64,000 nt of DNA, from contig CAZFNO010000001.1 in the NCBI GenBank assembly GCA_964520695.1, positions 8,211-72,210 on the forward strand, in the 5' to 3' direction. The first letter of the stretch is position 1. The number at the start of each line of letters is the position of its first letter. The position numbers and the translations under genes are program-made. This DNA comes from an uncultured Gammaproteobacteria bacterium (GTDB lineage: Bacteria > Patescibacteriota > Microgenomatia > Levybacterales > UBA12049). This document shows, piece by piece, positions 49,338 to 59,143 of this stretch. Below the pieces are notes generated by a model. It searched no databases. It saw nothing but the letters and a program-made list of their open reading frames with translations, and had not been told where the DNA came from.

Positions 49338-50528
49338 ATGATTCAGAAAATTAAGAATATTTACCATTTAATTGTAGTAATACTGGCAAATGTGCTGTTC
49401 CTTTTCCCGGGAAGACGACTTACTGTAATAGGAATTACAGGAACTGACGGTAAGACTACGGCAGCCAATATTATTTATCATATACTGACAAGCTCGGGGG
49501 AGAAGGCCGCAATTATCTCAAGCCTGGGGGCAGTAATTGACAAAAAAAAATACGATATAGGATTTCACGTCACAACCCCGTCACCCTTTAGTCTTCAAAA
49601 ATATTTATGGCGTGCAAAAAGAAAAGGAGCAAGGTATTTTATAATTGAGGTTACTTCTCATGCGATTGATCAGAAAAGAATATTTGGAATACCGTTTAAA
49701 ATAGGCGTTTTGACAAATGTAACATATGAACACCTGGATTATCATAGGACTTTTGATGCGTACTTTAAAACCAAAACAAAATTATTAAGAGATGCCCAAG
49801 TTGCAGTAGTAAATAGAGATGACGGAACTTATACCTTTCTTGTTGATGCCCAAAGGTTAAAAGATCCAAAGAATTGGATTACATACGGGCTATCTGATAA
49901 TTCTGACATAAATCCTAATACTTTCAGTTTTAAAACAAAATTATTGGGAGATTTTAATAAGTACAATGTGCTGGCTGCAGTTTCCGTATGTAAATATCTT
50001 GGAGTTCAGGATGAAAAGATAAGACATGCGGTTTCGGAATATATCAATCCCATTGGACGTGCAGACATAGTTTATAACAAGGAATTTAGCGTAATAATTG
50101 ATTTTGCTCATACTCCTAATGCTTTTGATCAAATATTAAAAGCAGTAAGACCGCTTTTTAAGGGACGGCTAATTCATGTTTTTGGATCAGCGGGAAAAAG
50201 AGATACTCATAAAAGGCCAATGATGGGAGAAATTTCATCACAATATGCGGATATTATGATATTAACTGCGGAGGATCCAAGAGGAGAAGACGTAGGAAAA
50301 ATCAACGATGAGATTGCCTCGGGAGTAAAAGAGAGAAAAAGCCAGATAATAAAAATTCCTGATAGGGAAGAAGCAATTATAGCAGCAATAAAGATGTCGA
50401 AAAAAGGTGACGTAGTTCTAATTACCGGAAAAGCTCATGAAAAATCGATTAATTATTTCGGAAAGGAAGAACCGTGGGATGAATACCAAACCGTTGAAAA
50501 AGCACTGTCTACCAGGCCTAAAAAATGA
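49338..50528 (+). CDS. murE: Mur ligase family protein, MurE-like (short form)
   Basis: 'IGITGTDGKTT' P-loop, 'TAEDPRGE' resembling the MurE DNPR motif; only 396 aa. Confidence 0.5.
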   Translation: MIQKIKNIYHLIVVILANVLFLFPGRRLTVIGITGTDGKTTAANIIYHILTSSGEKAAIISSLGAVIDKKKYDIGFHVTTPSPFSLQKYLWRAKRKGARYFIIEVTSHAIDQKRIFGIPFKIGVLTNVTYEHLDYHRTFDAYFKTKTKLLRDAQVAVVNRDDGTYTFLVDAQRLKDPKNWITYGLSDNSDINPNTFSFKTKLLGDFNKYNVLAAVSVCKYLGVQDEKIRHAVSEYINPIGRADIVYNKEFSVIIDFAHTPNAFDQILKAVRPLFKGRLIHVFGSAGKRDTHKRPMMGEISSQYADIMILTAEDPRGEDVGKINDEIASGVKERKSQIIKIPDREEAIIAAIKMSKKGDVVLITGKAHEKSINYFGKEEPWDEYQTVEKALSTRPKK

Positions 50529-51961
50529 GCCGACAGGGTAAAAAAATCAAAAATATTCATTTTGTTGGAATAAAAGGAGTCGGCATGACCCCGCTTGCAA
50601 TTATTGCAAAAGAGGCGGGAATAAATGTGTCGGGCTCAGATGTTTCAGAAACCTTTATAACAGATAGTCAGCTTGAAATTGCCGGGATTAAAGCAGATAT
50701 AGGTTTTTCAAAAGAGAATGTTTGGCACTCAGATCTGGTTGTAGTTACGGCTGCTCATAACGGACTCGAAAATGAAGAAGCAAAGGAAGCAATCGAAAAA
50801 AATATTCCTGTTTTGACCCAAGCGGAGGCTTTAGGAGAATTTCAAAAAGGAAAAATTCTTGGGAAAGAATACTTTGGAATATCTGTTGCCGGTTCTCATG
50901 GAAAAACTACAACAACAGCAATTCTTGCAACTATCCTACTTGAAAACGGGATGGATCCTTCCTACGCAGTTGGGACGGGAAATATTCCGTCTCTTGGTCT
51001 TCCGGGACATTTTGGCAAAGGCAAATATTTCATAGCAGAGGCTGATGAATACTTTACGGACGTAGTGCACAAGAAATTCCCTAAGTTTGTCTACCAGAAT
51101 CCAAATCTTATTATTGTGACAAATATTGACTATGATCATCCCGACGTTTATCTATCAGTAGACGAAATAAGAGAAGAATTCATAAAGTTTGCCAACAAAC
51201 TTCCAGAGGATGGAATTTTAATAGCCAACGGAGATGGTGAAGAAAACAGAAAGTTTATTAGCGAGGTTTCGGATAAAAGAATAATAAAATACGGATTCTC
51301 TCCGGATAATGATTTTATAATCGAGAGAGTCAGTTTTTCAAAAGATTTGATGGTTTTTTGGATAAAAACTAAAGATACGGATCTGGGACAGTTCTTTGTA
51401 AAAATCTTCGGAGAGCACAATAGCCTTAACTGCCTTTCAGCTATTATAGCATCGCTTGAAATTGGTTTATCCCCAGATCAGATTAAGAGAGGACTTTTGG
51501 CCTTTTCGGGAACAAAAAGACGCCAGGAATATATAGGGAGAGTAGGAGAAAAAGTTATAATGTATGATGATTATGCACACCATCCTGAAGAAATTATAAA
51601 TACCTTATCTGCATTTAGAGCAAATTTTCCAAAACACCGGATAATATCTGTTTTTCAGCCTCACATGTACTCAAGAACAATTAAACTTTTTGATAGATTT
51701 GCCAAATCATTTGGAGACGCTGACGAAGTACTAATATTGGAGATTTTTGCATCATTCAGGGAAAAAAAACATCCTAATTTTTCATCAAAGCTTTTATCGG
51801 ATGAAATTATAAAGAATGGCATAAAGTCCAAGTATTTCCCAAATGCTGACGATGTGGTAAAATACCTTTCTTCTCAAAGCTTTACCCAAGACAGCCTAAT
51901 AATTACCATGGGTGCTGGGGATATATATAAAGCTGGAGAAAAATTAATAAATAATGGATAA
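50525..51961 (+). CDS. murC: UDP-N-acetylmuramate--L-alanine ligase
   Basis: 'IHFVGIKGVGMTPLAIIAKEAGINVSGSD' MurC N-terminal signature, 'GSHGKTTTTA'. Confidence 0.8.
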   Translation: MSRQGKKIKNIHFVGIKGVGMTPLAIIAKEAGINVSGSDVSETFITDSQLEIAGIKADIGFSKENVWHSDLVVVTAAHNGLENEEAKEAIEKNIPVLTQAEALGEFQKGKILGKEYFGISVAGSHGKTTTTAILATILLENGMDPSYAVGTGNIPSLGLPGHFGKGKYFIAEADEYFTDVVHKKFPKFVYQNPNLIIVTNIDYDHPDVYLSVDEIREEFIKFANKLPEDGILIANGDGEENRKFISEVSDKRIIKYGFSPDNDFIIERVSFSKDLMVFWIKTKDTDLGQFFVKIFGEHNSLNCLSAIIASLEIGLSPDQIKRGLLAFSGTKRRQEYIGRVGEKVIMYDDYAHHPEEIINTLSAFRANFPKHRIISVFQPHMYSRTIKLFDRFAKSFGDADEVLILEIFASFREKKHPNFSSKLLSDEIIKNGIKSKYFPNADDVVKYLSSQSFTQDSLIITMGAGDIYKAGEKLINNG

Positions 51962-53285
51962 GTTAATTATAAACGGAGGAAAAAAACTAAGCGGCGAAAC
52001 ATATGTATCCGGTTCCAAAAATGTGGCGTTAAAAGCTTTGGTTGCAGCCTGTCTAACCCGGGAGGAAGTTATAATTGAAAATGTTCCCCTGATATCAGAT
52101 GTGGTGGTTATGACAGATATAATTACCGAGCTTGGCGGGAAAATTAAAACTCAGGACCATACTATTAGTATAAAAGCGGAAAGTCTTCCCAAATCTAAAG
52201 TTGATCTTTCTAAAGCTGCTGAAATAAGAACTTCTGCAATGTTTATGGCACCGCTTCTTGCCAGAAATAAAGAGGCGATAATTCCAAATCCCGGCGGATG
52301 TAGAATAGGAGCGCGCCCAATTGACAGAACAATTGATGGATTTGAGAAAATGGGCGTTGAGGTTAAATATCAAAGCAGGGACGGATATTTTTATATGAAG
52401 GCCCCGGATGGGCTTTACGGCATTGATTATACATTTGCGAAAAGCACACATACGGGTACGGAAACACTAATTATCGCAGCCGTCCTCGCAAAAGGGAAGA
52501 CGACTCTTAAGAATGCTGCGGAAGAGCCGGAAATTGATGAACTTATAGGACTCCTGAATAGAATGGGTGCAAAAATAAAAAGAACAAAAAAAAGAGAAAT
52601 CGAGATTATTGGCGTTGGAAAGTTGAACGGTACCAGATTCAAAATTCATTCAGATAGAAATGAAGTAGTTACCCTTGCAATCGCAGCCGTCATTACAAAA
52701 GGAGACATTTTTATAAAAGGTCTAAAAGATCAGGATATTAAAGAATTTATAGAAAAAATGGTAGAGGTTGGGGCGGGAGTGGAAGTTGAGATCAGCGGAA
52801 TTAGATTTTTTTACAAAGGGGAACTAAAGCCTTGCAGGATAGAAACCTCACCCTATCCGGGTTTTATGACAGACTGGCAAGGTCCTTGGGCTGTTCTTAT
52901 GACGCAAGCGCAGGGAACATCTGAGCTTATAGAGCGTGTATATGAAGATAGATTCGGGTATGTAACTGAGCTTCAAAAAATGGGGGCAAAAATAAAATAT
53001 TTTAATCCCGATGTTAAAAATCCCGAAGAATATTATAACTTTAATACGGATGATGACTCCCCCGATAATAAGCACGCAATACGGATTAAAGGTCCTACAA
53101 AATTGCACAACGGTGTAGTAACAATCTCAGACCTAAGAGCCGGTGCAACTCTCGCATTGGCATCACTGGCAGCTGATGGCGAAAGTGTTATTCTTGAGGC
53201 ACACTATTTAGACAGAGGATATGAGAAATTCGAATATAGATTAAAAAGTCTGGGTGCTGATATAATTAGACAAAGCTATGAGTAA
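51954..53285 (+). CDS. murA: UDP-N-acetylglucosamine 1-carboxyvinyltransferase
   Basis: 'INGGKKLSGETYVSGSKNVALKAL', active-site 'CRIGARPIDR'. Confidence 0.9.
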   Translation: MDKLIINGGKKLSGETYVSGSKNVALKALVAACLTREEVIIENVPLISDVVVMTDIITELGGKIKTQDHTISIKAESLPKSKVDLSKAAEIRTSAMFMAPLLARNKEAIIPNPGGCRIGARPIDRTIDGFEKMGVEVKYQSRDGYFYMKAPDGLYGIDYTFAKSTHTGTETLIIAAVLAKGKTTLKNAAEEPEIDELIGLLNRMGAKIKRTKKREIEIIGVGKLNGTRFKIHSDRNEVVTLAIAAVITKGDIFIKGLKDQDIKEFIEKMVEVGAGVEVEISGIRFFYKGELKPCRIETSPYPGFMTDWQGPWAVLMTQAQGTSELIERVYEDRFGYVTELQKMGAKIKYFNPDVKNPEEYYNFNTDDDSPDNKHAIRIKGPTKLHNGVVTISDLRAGATLALASLAADGESVILEAHYLDRGYEKFEYRLKSLGADIIRQSYE

Positions 53286-54027
53286 AACAGGAGCCGTGAT
53301 TCTTGCGGCCGGAAAAGGAAAGCGGATTAATGCAAAGAAGTCAAATAAGGTGACTTTTCTTCTTGGGGATAAGCCCATGATTCTTCACTCCGCACAGCTC
53401 CTTAAAAAATTAAAAATCAATCCCATCATTATAGTTATAGGATTTGCTAAGAAATCTGTTAAAAATTTATTCAATGGGGATGTAATTTTTGCAGAACAGA
53501 AAAAAAGACTAGGAACAGCTCATGCTGCAAGTACTGCGATTAAAAAATTACCAAAGAACATAAAAGATGTGCTTATTATTAACGGTGATGATTCTGCATT
53601 TTATACAAAAGATATAATTAAAAAACTACTATCAAATCATAATAAAAACAGAAATTCAATAACCCTTTTAACGATTGAGGTTTCTAACCCAACAGGTCTT
53701 GGGCGAATAATAAGAGGTAAAAGGGGCGAGGTTTTATATATTGCAGAGGAAAAAGACGCATCCGAAAAACAAAAGCAAATTAAAGAAATTAATCCAGGAT
53801 GTTATGTATTTAGTGTTTCTTTTTTAAAGGAATATCTGCCAAAAGTTAAAAAAAGCCACGTCACAGGAGAATATTACCTGGTAGGTCTTATTGATTTGGC
53901 GGTTCGAGGAGGAGAAAAAATTCAGGCAATTGCCGGAGGAAAACTTCCTTGGCGAGGTGTAAATACAGAAGATGAACTTAAAGAGGCTGAAAAGCTTTTT
54001 CAAAAAAGAAAACAAAATTTTTTATAA
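53278..54027 (+). CDS. Sugar-1-phosphate nucleotidyltransferase (GlmU N-terminal uridyltransferase domain only)
   Basis: 'AVILAAGKGKR' nucleotidyltransferase motif; no LbH acetyltransferase domain. Confidence 0.6.
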   Translation: MSKTGAVILAAGKGKRINAKKSNKVTFLLGDKPMILHSAQLLKKLKINPIIIVIGFAKKSVKNLFNGDVIFAEQKKRLGTAHAASTAIKKLPKNIKDVLIINGDDSAFYTKDIIKKLLSNHNKNRNSITLLTIEVSNPTGLGRIIRGKRGEVLYIAEEKDASEKQKQIKEINPGCYVFSVSFLKEYLPKVKKSHVTGEYYLVGLIDLAVRGGEKIQAIAGGKLPWRGVNTEDELKEAEKLFQKRKQNFL

Positions 54028-54052
54028 ACTTTTCATAATTTCAATTACTTAA

Positions 54053-55066
54053 ATGGATCAATTATTAGGACTTACGCTTCTTTCACTTTTTATAACAGGA
54101 ATTCTTATTGTTCCTTTTATTGACTTTCTTTACAAGCTCAAATTCAGAAGACAAAAACAGCGCACAAAAGATATTTTTAATAAACCGACACCGGTTTTCG
54201 ATAGATTCAGCCAAGGGAAAATAGGGACTCCTTTTGGAGGAGGAATATTGATAATTGGTGTTGTTACAATTCTTTCTTTGTGGAGTTACGGAGTATTTAG
54301 CATAACCGTGTCATTATGGGAAATATTTGTTCTTCTTTTTTCATTTCTAGGATTTGGACTTTTGGGGTTTTATGATGATTTTAAAAAGCTGGTTGATAAA
54401 AATCACCATAGCGAAATTTTTGGACTAAGATTTAGATATAAATTTTTACTACAGTGGATACTTGCTCTTATCATATCTCTGATTTTATATTTTAAACTGG
54501 GATACTCCTTTATTTTTATTACAGGACTTGGTCTTATAGATCTGGGATATTTATATATAATTATTTCAACAGTTGCAATTGTTTCGTTTGTTAATGCGTT
54601 TAATATTGCAGACGGTCTTGACGGACTTGCCCCGGGACTTCTTATAATTTGCCTGGGTGCATTTTTGGCAATTTCTTCAAGTCAGCTGGATGAAACACTT
54701 GCTATATTTATTTCAATCGTGATCGGTTCAGTCGCGGCATTTTTATATTTCAATATTTACAAAGCAAGGATTTGGCTTGGAGATACAGGGTCTATGTCTT
54801 TGGGCGCAATTCTTGCCGTAACAGGACTTCTCACAGGCAAAATACTTGCTTTAGCAGTAATCGGAGGAGTTTTTGTAATTGAAGTAGGGTCATCTCTTAT
54901 TCAGCTTTTGGCAAAAAAATATTTGAAAAGAAAAATATTTCCCGTTGCTCCGTTTCACTTGCTTTTGCAAAGAAGGGGATGGGAAGAGCCCAAGATTGTA
55001 ATGCGGGCATGGCTTTTCGGCTTTTTCTTTGCAGTTCTTGGTCTATATATAGCTCTTATTAATTGA
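54053..55066 (+). CDS. mraY: Phospho-N-acetylmuramoyl-pentapeptide transferase
   Basis: 'NAFNIADGLDGLA', 10 TM. Confidence 0.9.
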   Translation: MDQLLGLTLLSLFITGILIVPFIDFLYKLKFRRQKQRTKDIFNKPTPVFDRFSQGKIGTPFGGGILIIGVVTILSLWSYGVFSITVSLWEIFVLLFSFLGFGLLGFYDDFKKLVDKNHHSEIFGLRFRYKFLLQWILALIISLILYFKLGYSFIFITGLGLIDLGYLYIIISTVAIVSFVNAFNIADGLDGLAPGLLIICLGAFLAISSSQLDETLAIFISIVIGSVAAFLYFNIYKARIWLGDTGSMSLGAILAVTGLLTGKILALAVIGGVFVIEVGSSLIQLLAKKYLKRKIFPVAPFHLLLQRRGWEEPKIVMRAWLFGFFFAVLGLYIALIN

Positions 55067-55178
55067 TAATAAAAACCCAAATTGCTTCCAATAATACAAG
55101 TTAATATCTATACTATAATTATATAGAGTGAAATTAATAAGTCTTAACAAATCTATAATTTTTATAAGAAAATCAGAC

Positions 55179-56237
55179 ATGGTTTTTCTCCTAAGCGTTT
55201 CAGCCCTAACGCTTTTTGGGCTTATTATGATCTATGATGCCTCAAGTTATATTGCATTTAGAGATTTTGGAGACAAATACAGCTATATAAAAGACCAGAT
55301 TTTTTGGGTAATATTGGGCTTTGGCGTTCTTTTTCTAGCGTCGGTTTTTGATTATCATAAATTTTATAATCTTGCCCTCCCCATTCTTATTGTTTCAATT
55401 ATTCTTCTTAGTGTTCTTTTTATCCCTGGGATTGGGATTACCGCTCTTGGGGCAACGCGCTGGATTGATTTTGGTTTTTTTGTTCTTCAGCCATCAGAAT
55501 TTGCAAAAATTGCGCTTACCATATATTTATCTGCGTGGTTTTCTACCAAAGAAAAAGGAAGACTTTTGGCGTTCCTACTTTTAGTAGGGTTTGTTATCTT
55601 TTTAATTATGCTTCAGCCGGATATGGGTACTGCATCAATTGTTTTAGGCGTTGCAATGATGATTTATTTTTTGTCAGGTGCAAATTTATTTCATTTTTTG
55701 GCGCTTATTCCTGCTGTTGGAGTAGCCGGCGCAATTTTTATAATAATTGAGCCGTACAGACTGTCTCGCCTTATGACTTTTATAACCCCCCAGCAAGACC
55801 TTGGTGCATCTTCTTACCATATACGCCAGATTTTAATAGCGCTTGGATCGGGAGGAATTTTTGGCGTTGGTCTTGGTAATTCTTTGCAGAAATATGCTTA
55901 TCTTCCTGAAGCAACCACGGATTCAATATTTGCAATTATGGCCGAAGAAATAGGGTTTGTAGGCATTTTTGTTGTTCTTACCATAATGCTTTTTATTATA
56001 CTTAGGGGTTTTAAGATTTCAATGAACGCAAAAGATAATTTTGGAAAGCTTCTTGCCGGCGGTATAACATCTATGATTGCTATTCAGACAGTAGTTAATT
56101 TGGGAGCCCAAAGCGCACTCATCCCTTTGACCGGAGTTCCGCTGCCATTTCTGTCTTATGGAGGATCAGCTTTGATTGTTAGTCTTTTTTCAATAGGGAT
56201 ACTTCTTAACATTTCTAAGCAGAGCGTAAAAACTTAA
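55179..56237 (+). CDS. ftsW: FtsW/RodA/SpoVE-family peptidoglycan polymerase
   Basis: SEDS topology; ATG at 55179 preferred to the GTG at 55128. Confidence 0.8.
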   Translation: MVFLLSVSALTLFGLIMIYDASSYIAFRDFGDKYSYIKDQIFWVILGFGVLFLASVFDYHKFYNLALPILIVSIILLSVLFIPGIGITALGATRWIDFGFFVLQPSEFAKIALTIYLSAWFSTKEKGRLLAFLLLVGFVIFLIMLQPDMGTASIVLGVAMMIYFLSGANLFHFLALIPAVGVAGAIFIIIEPYRLSRLMTFITPQQDLGASSYHIRQILIALGSGGIFGVGLGNSLQKYAYLPEATTDSIFAIMAEEIGFVGIFVVLTIMLFIILRGFKISMNAKDNFGKLLAGGITSMIAIQTVVNLGAQSALIPLTGVPLPFLSYGGSALIVSLFSIGILLNISKQSVKT

Positions 56238-56244
56238 CAAAAAA

Positions 56245-57351
56245 ATGAAAGCATTAATAATAGGGGGACATCCTTCCCCAGCCTTGGGCGTAATTGAGGA
56301 ACTGTCAAAAAATATGGAAGTAATATACGTTGGCAGAAAATTTGCAATGGAAGGGGATAGCGCTGTATCCTTTGAATACCGGGAAGTATCAAAGCTTAAA
56401 ATTCCGTTTGAAAACTTAAGCACCGGAAGACTTCAGCGGTCTTTTACACGGCATACGCTGCCGTCTCTTGCAAAAATTCCCGCAGGACTTTTTAAATCAA
56501 TTATTATTCTTAAAAAATTCAAACCTGATGTTGTGGTGGGGTTTGGCGGCTACGTTAGTGTTCCCATAATTATTGCCTCGAATTTACTTAAAATACCAAT
56601 AGTTATACATGAGCAAACTTTAGATGCAGGAGCCGCGAATAAATTTAGCGCCAGATTTGCCGAAAAAATATGCATTTCCACCTCCTCCTCGGAGAAATAT
56701 TTTCCTAAAGAAAAAATAGTTTTAACGGGAAATCCTATAAGAAAATCAATTCTAAATCCCAAGAAAAAGACTATCTTTAATCTGGAAAAACCCACTCTTT
56801 ATATTACCGGCGGAAGTCAGGGATCGCATTTTATTAATTCTCTTGTCATGGATTGTCTTCCAAAACTTTTAGAGAAATACAGCATAATTCATCAGACAGG
56901 AGACGCCAGAAAATTTTCAGATTTTCAGAAGCTATCAATTCTTAAAGAAGGGCTTAACAAAGACAAAAAAGGAAAGTATTTTATTTCAAAGTTTTTTTCA
57001 GATGATGAAGTGGCGGGAGTATATTCAATATCAAGCCTTGTAATTGGAAGGGCAGGAATAAACACTGTTACAGAACTGATTGCTTTAAACAAGCCGGGAC
57101 TTCTCATCCCTTTTGCGTACACTCAGAAAAATGAGCAGGAAAAGAATGCGGCTTTTTTAGAAGAAGCGGGACTAGCGGAGGTTTTAAGTCAGAAAAATCT
57201 GGAAACCGAAGAATTTATTAAAAAGACGGATTTAATGATGAAAAATATTGATAAATACAAAGCCTCAGATATTAAAAATTTTTATTTTAAAAATGCAGCA
57301 AAAAAAGTTGCTCAGGTTGTCTATGAAACTGCTCAAAACCACGGTAACTAA
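56245..57351 (+). CDS. murG: UDP-GlcNAc:lipid I GlcNAc transferase
   Basis: 'ALIIGGHPSPALGV', 'TGGSQGS'. Confidence 0.85.
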   Translation: MKALIIGGHPSPALGVIEELSKNMEVIYVGRKFAMEGDSAVSFEYREVSKLKIPFENLSTGRLQRSFTRHTLPSLAKIPAGLFKSIIILKKFKPDVVVGFGGYVSVPIIIASNLLKIPIVIHEQTLDAGAANKFSARFAEKICISTSSSEKYFPKEKIVLTGNPIRKSILNPKKKTIFNLEKPTLYITGGSQGSHFINSLVMDCLPKLLEKYSIIHQTGDARKFSDFQKLSILKEGLNKDKKGKYFISKFFSDDEVAGVYSISSLVIGRAGINTVTELIALNKPGLLIPFAYTQKNEQEKNAAFLEEAGLAEVLSQKNLETEEFIKKTDLMMKNIDKYKASDIKNFYFKNAAKKVAQVVYETAQNHGN

Positions 57352-57742
57352 AAAACAAAGAAAGAAATTAAAACAAAAAAATTTTTCGGTTTTTCTAATT
57401 CTACTGGGACTTTTACTGATTACCGCCTCGCTTTTTTATTTTGCTTTTCTTGAAGAAAAACAGCTTTATATTAATCCTCTGTCCTATGATCAAACGTCAA
57501 AAAACTCTGAAATTGAAAAAAATTTGAAAGAAAAAAATATTTCCTTCAAAACAATTGTAACAACAAAAGACCTTAATTATATTATAAGACTTGATGATCA
57601 AAGAGAGGTTATTTTAGATTCAAAAAAAGATATTGTAGGGCAACTGTCCTCTTTACAACTAATTATCTCTCAGCTTACAATAGAAGGAAAGATGTTTAAG
57701 AGTCTTGACTTTAGATATCAAAAACCTATTATTAAATTTTAG
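57323..57742 (+). CDS. FtsQ/DivIB-like short bitopic protein
   Basis: Basic N-terminus, one TM 'FSVFLILLGLLLITASLFYFAF', ~90-aa periplasmic part; at the ftsQ position; overlaps murG by 29 nt. Confidence 0.4.
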   Translation: MKLLKTTVTKKQRKKLKQKNFSVFLILLGLLLITASLFYFAFLEEKQLYINPLSYDQTSKNSEIEKNLKEKNISFKTIVTTKDLNYIIRLDDQREVILDSKKDIVGQLSSLQLIISQLTIEGKMFKSLDFRYQKPIIKF

Positions 57743-57744
57743 CC

Positions 57745-59043
57745 ATGAGTGAAGGTAGAATAATTACAGGAGTAGACATTGGAACTTCAAAAATCGTTAC
57801 AATAATTGCAAAGGTAGATGAGACGGTAAATGTTTTGGGCGTGTCAGAAGCCCCCTCAACGGGAATTAAAAAAGGACAGATTGTAAATATAGAAGAGGCA
57901 GTAGTTTCTGTTAACAATTCGATTGAAGCAGCAGAGAGAATGGCCGGGGTCTCGGTTTCCAGGATTGTCGCATCAATTGGAGGAGCAAGTATAGAATCAC
58001 AAAATTCAAGAGGAGTTGTTGCGGTAGCTCAGCCGGAAGGGGACGTTAATACGTCGGACGTTAATAGGGTAATTGATGCTGCTAAAGCGGTTTCACTTCC
58101 CTCAACCAGGGAAATAATCCACGTACTGCCTCGAAGCTTCACAGTTGACGGACAGGAAGGAATCAAAGACCCGGTAGGAATGACCGGGACAAGACTTGAG
58201 GTAGAAACCCATATTGTAACAGCAGGAAGTCCTGCCGTCAGAAATCTTGAAAAAGCATTTTCTCAAGTGGGAGTTGATGTTGAGGCACTAGTTTTTTCGG
58301 GGTATGCAAGCTCACTTTCTGCATTATCAGACACTGAAAAAGAATTAGGAGTTGTTCTTGTAGACATTGGGGCTGGAACTACCGATATTTCAATCTATAT
58401 TGACGGATCTGTAGCCTTCTCATCAGTACTTCCAATTGGAGCCCGCCATATTACAAATGATTTGGCAATTGGACTTCGAATTTCTCTTGAGTCATCTGAG
58501 AAAGTTAAGCTTTTTCTCTCCCGTCCAAAAAAGACGATCTTAAAACCCCAAGACAGGGAAGATGAGCCAAAAGAAAGAAGACTCTCAGATGAGCTGGATT
58601 TATCAAGTCTTGTACTTCCCGAGCAACTTTCTAAAGTTTCACAAAAAACATTAATTGACGGGATTATTAGACCCCGCTTAAACGAAATATTTACAATGGT
58701 AGGGCTTGAAATTAAAAAATCAGGATTCGGCGGACAAACTCCATCAGGCCTTGTAATAACAGGGGGAGGTGCCAAAACGGTTGGTGCTGTTGATTGCGCA
58801 AAAAGAATGCTTGCTATGCCCGTAAGAATTGGTGAGCCGCAAAATCTAAAAGGAATAATCGATGAAATTCAGGGAGCTTCATATTCAACTGTTGTAGGAC
58901 TCGCAATTTACGGAGCGTTAACCGGGGTCCAGTCAAGCTCTACATTTAAGTTTAACGTGAACCTTGGCGGACTTTCCGGTATTAAAATTCCCTCAAAACT
59001 TCCTAAAAAAATCATCGAATTTATAAAATCATTTATCCCTTAG
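57745..59043 (+). CDS. ftsA: Cell division protein FtsA
   Basis: 'ITGVDIGTSKI', 'VLVDIGAGTTD' actin-fold phosphate motifs. Confidence 0.9.
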   Translation: MSEGRIITGVDIGTSKIVTIIAKVDETVNVLGVSEAPSTGIKKGQIVNIEEAVVSVNNSIEAAERMAGVSVSRIVASIGGASIESQNSRGVVAVAQPEGDVNTSDVNRVIDAAKAVSLPSTREIIHVLPRSFTVDGQEGIKDPVGMTGTRLEVETHIVTAGSPAVRNLEKAFSQVGVDVEALVFSGYASSLSALSDTEKELGVVLVDIGAGTTDISIYIDGSVAFSSVLPIGARHITNDLAIGLRISLESSEKVKLFLSRPKKTILKPQDREDEPKERRLSDELDLSSLVLPEQLSKVSQKTLIDGIIRPRLNEIFTMVGLEIKKSGFGGQTPSGLVITGGGAKTVGAVDCAKRMLAMPVRIGEPQNLKGIIDEIQGASYSTVVGLAIYGALTGVQSSSTFKFNVNLGGLSGIKIPSKLPKKIIEFIKSFIP

Positions 59044-59105
59044 TTTTAGTAACTAGTAATTAGAAAATAGTTTTTAGTTTAAAATGTTATCGAAATGATC
59101 GGGGC

Positions 59106-59134
59106 TTGCAAAAACGTTTTTCATTTGCTACGAT
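59106..59134 (+). promoter_or_regulatory. Candidate ftsZ promoter (TTGCAA-17-TACGAT)
   Basis: -10 ends 9 nt before the ATG at 59144, implying a very short or no leader. Confidence 0.4.
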
Positions 59135-59143
59135 TTGTCAACT

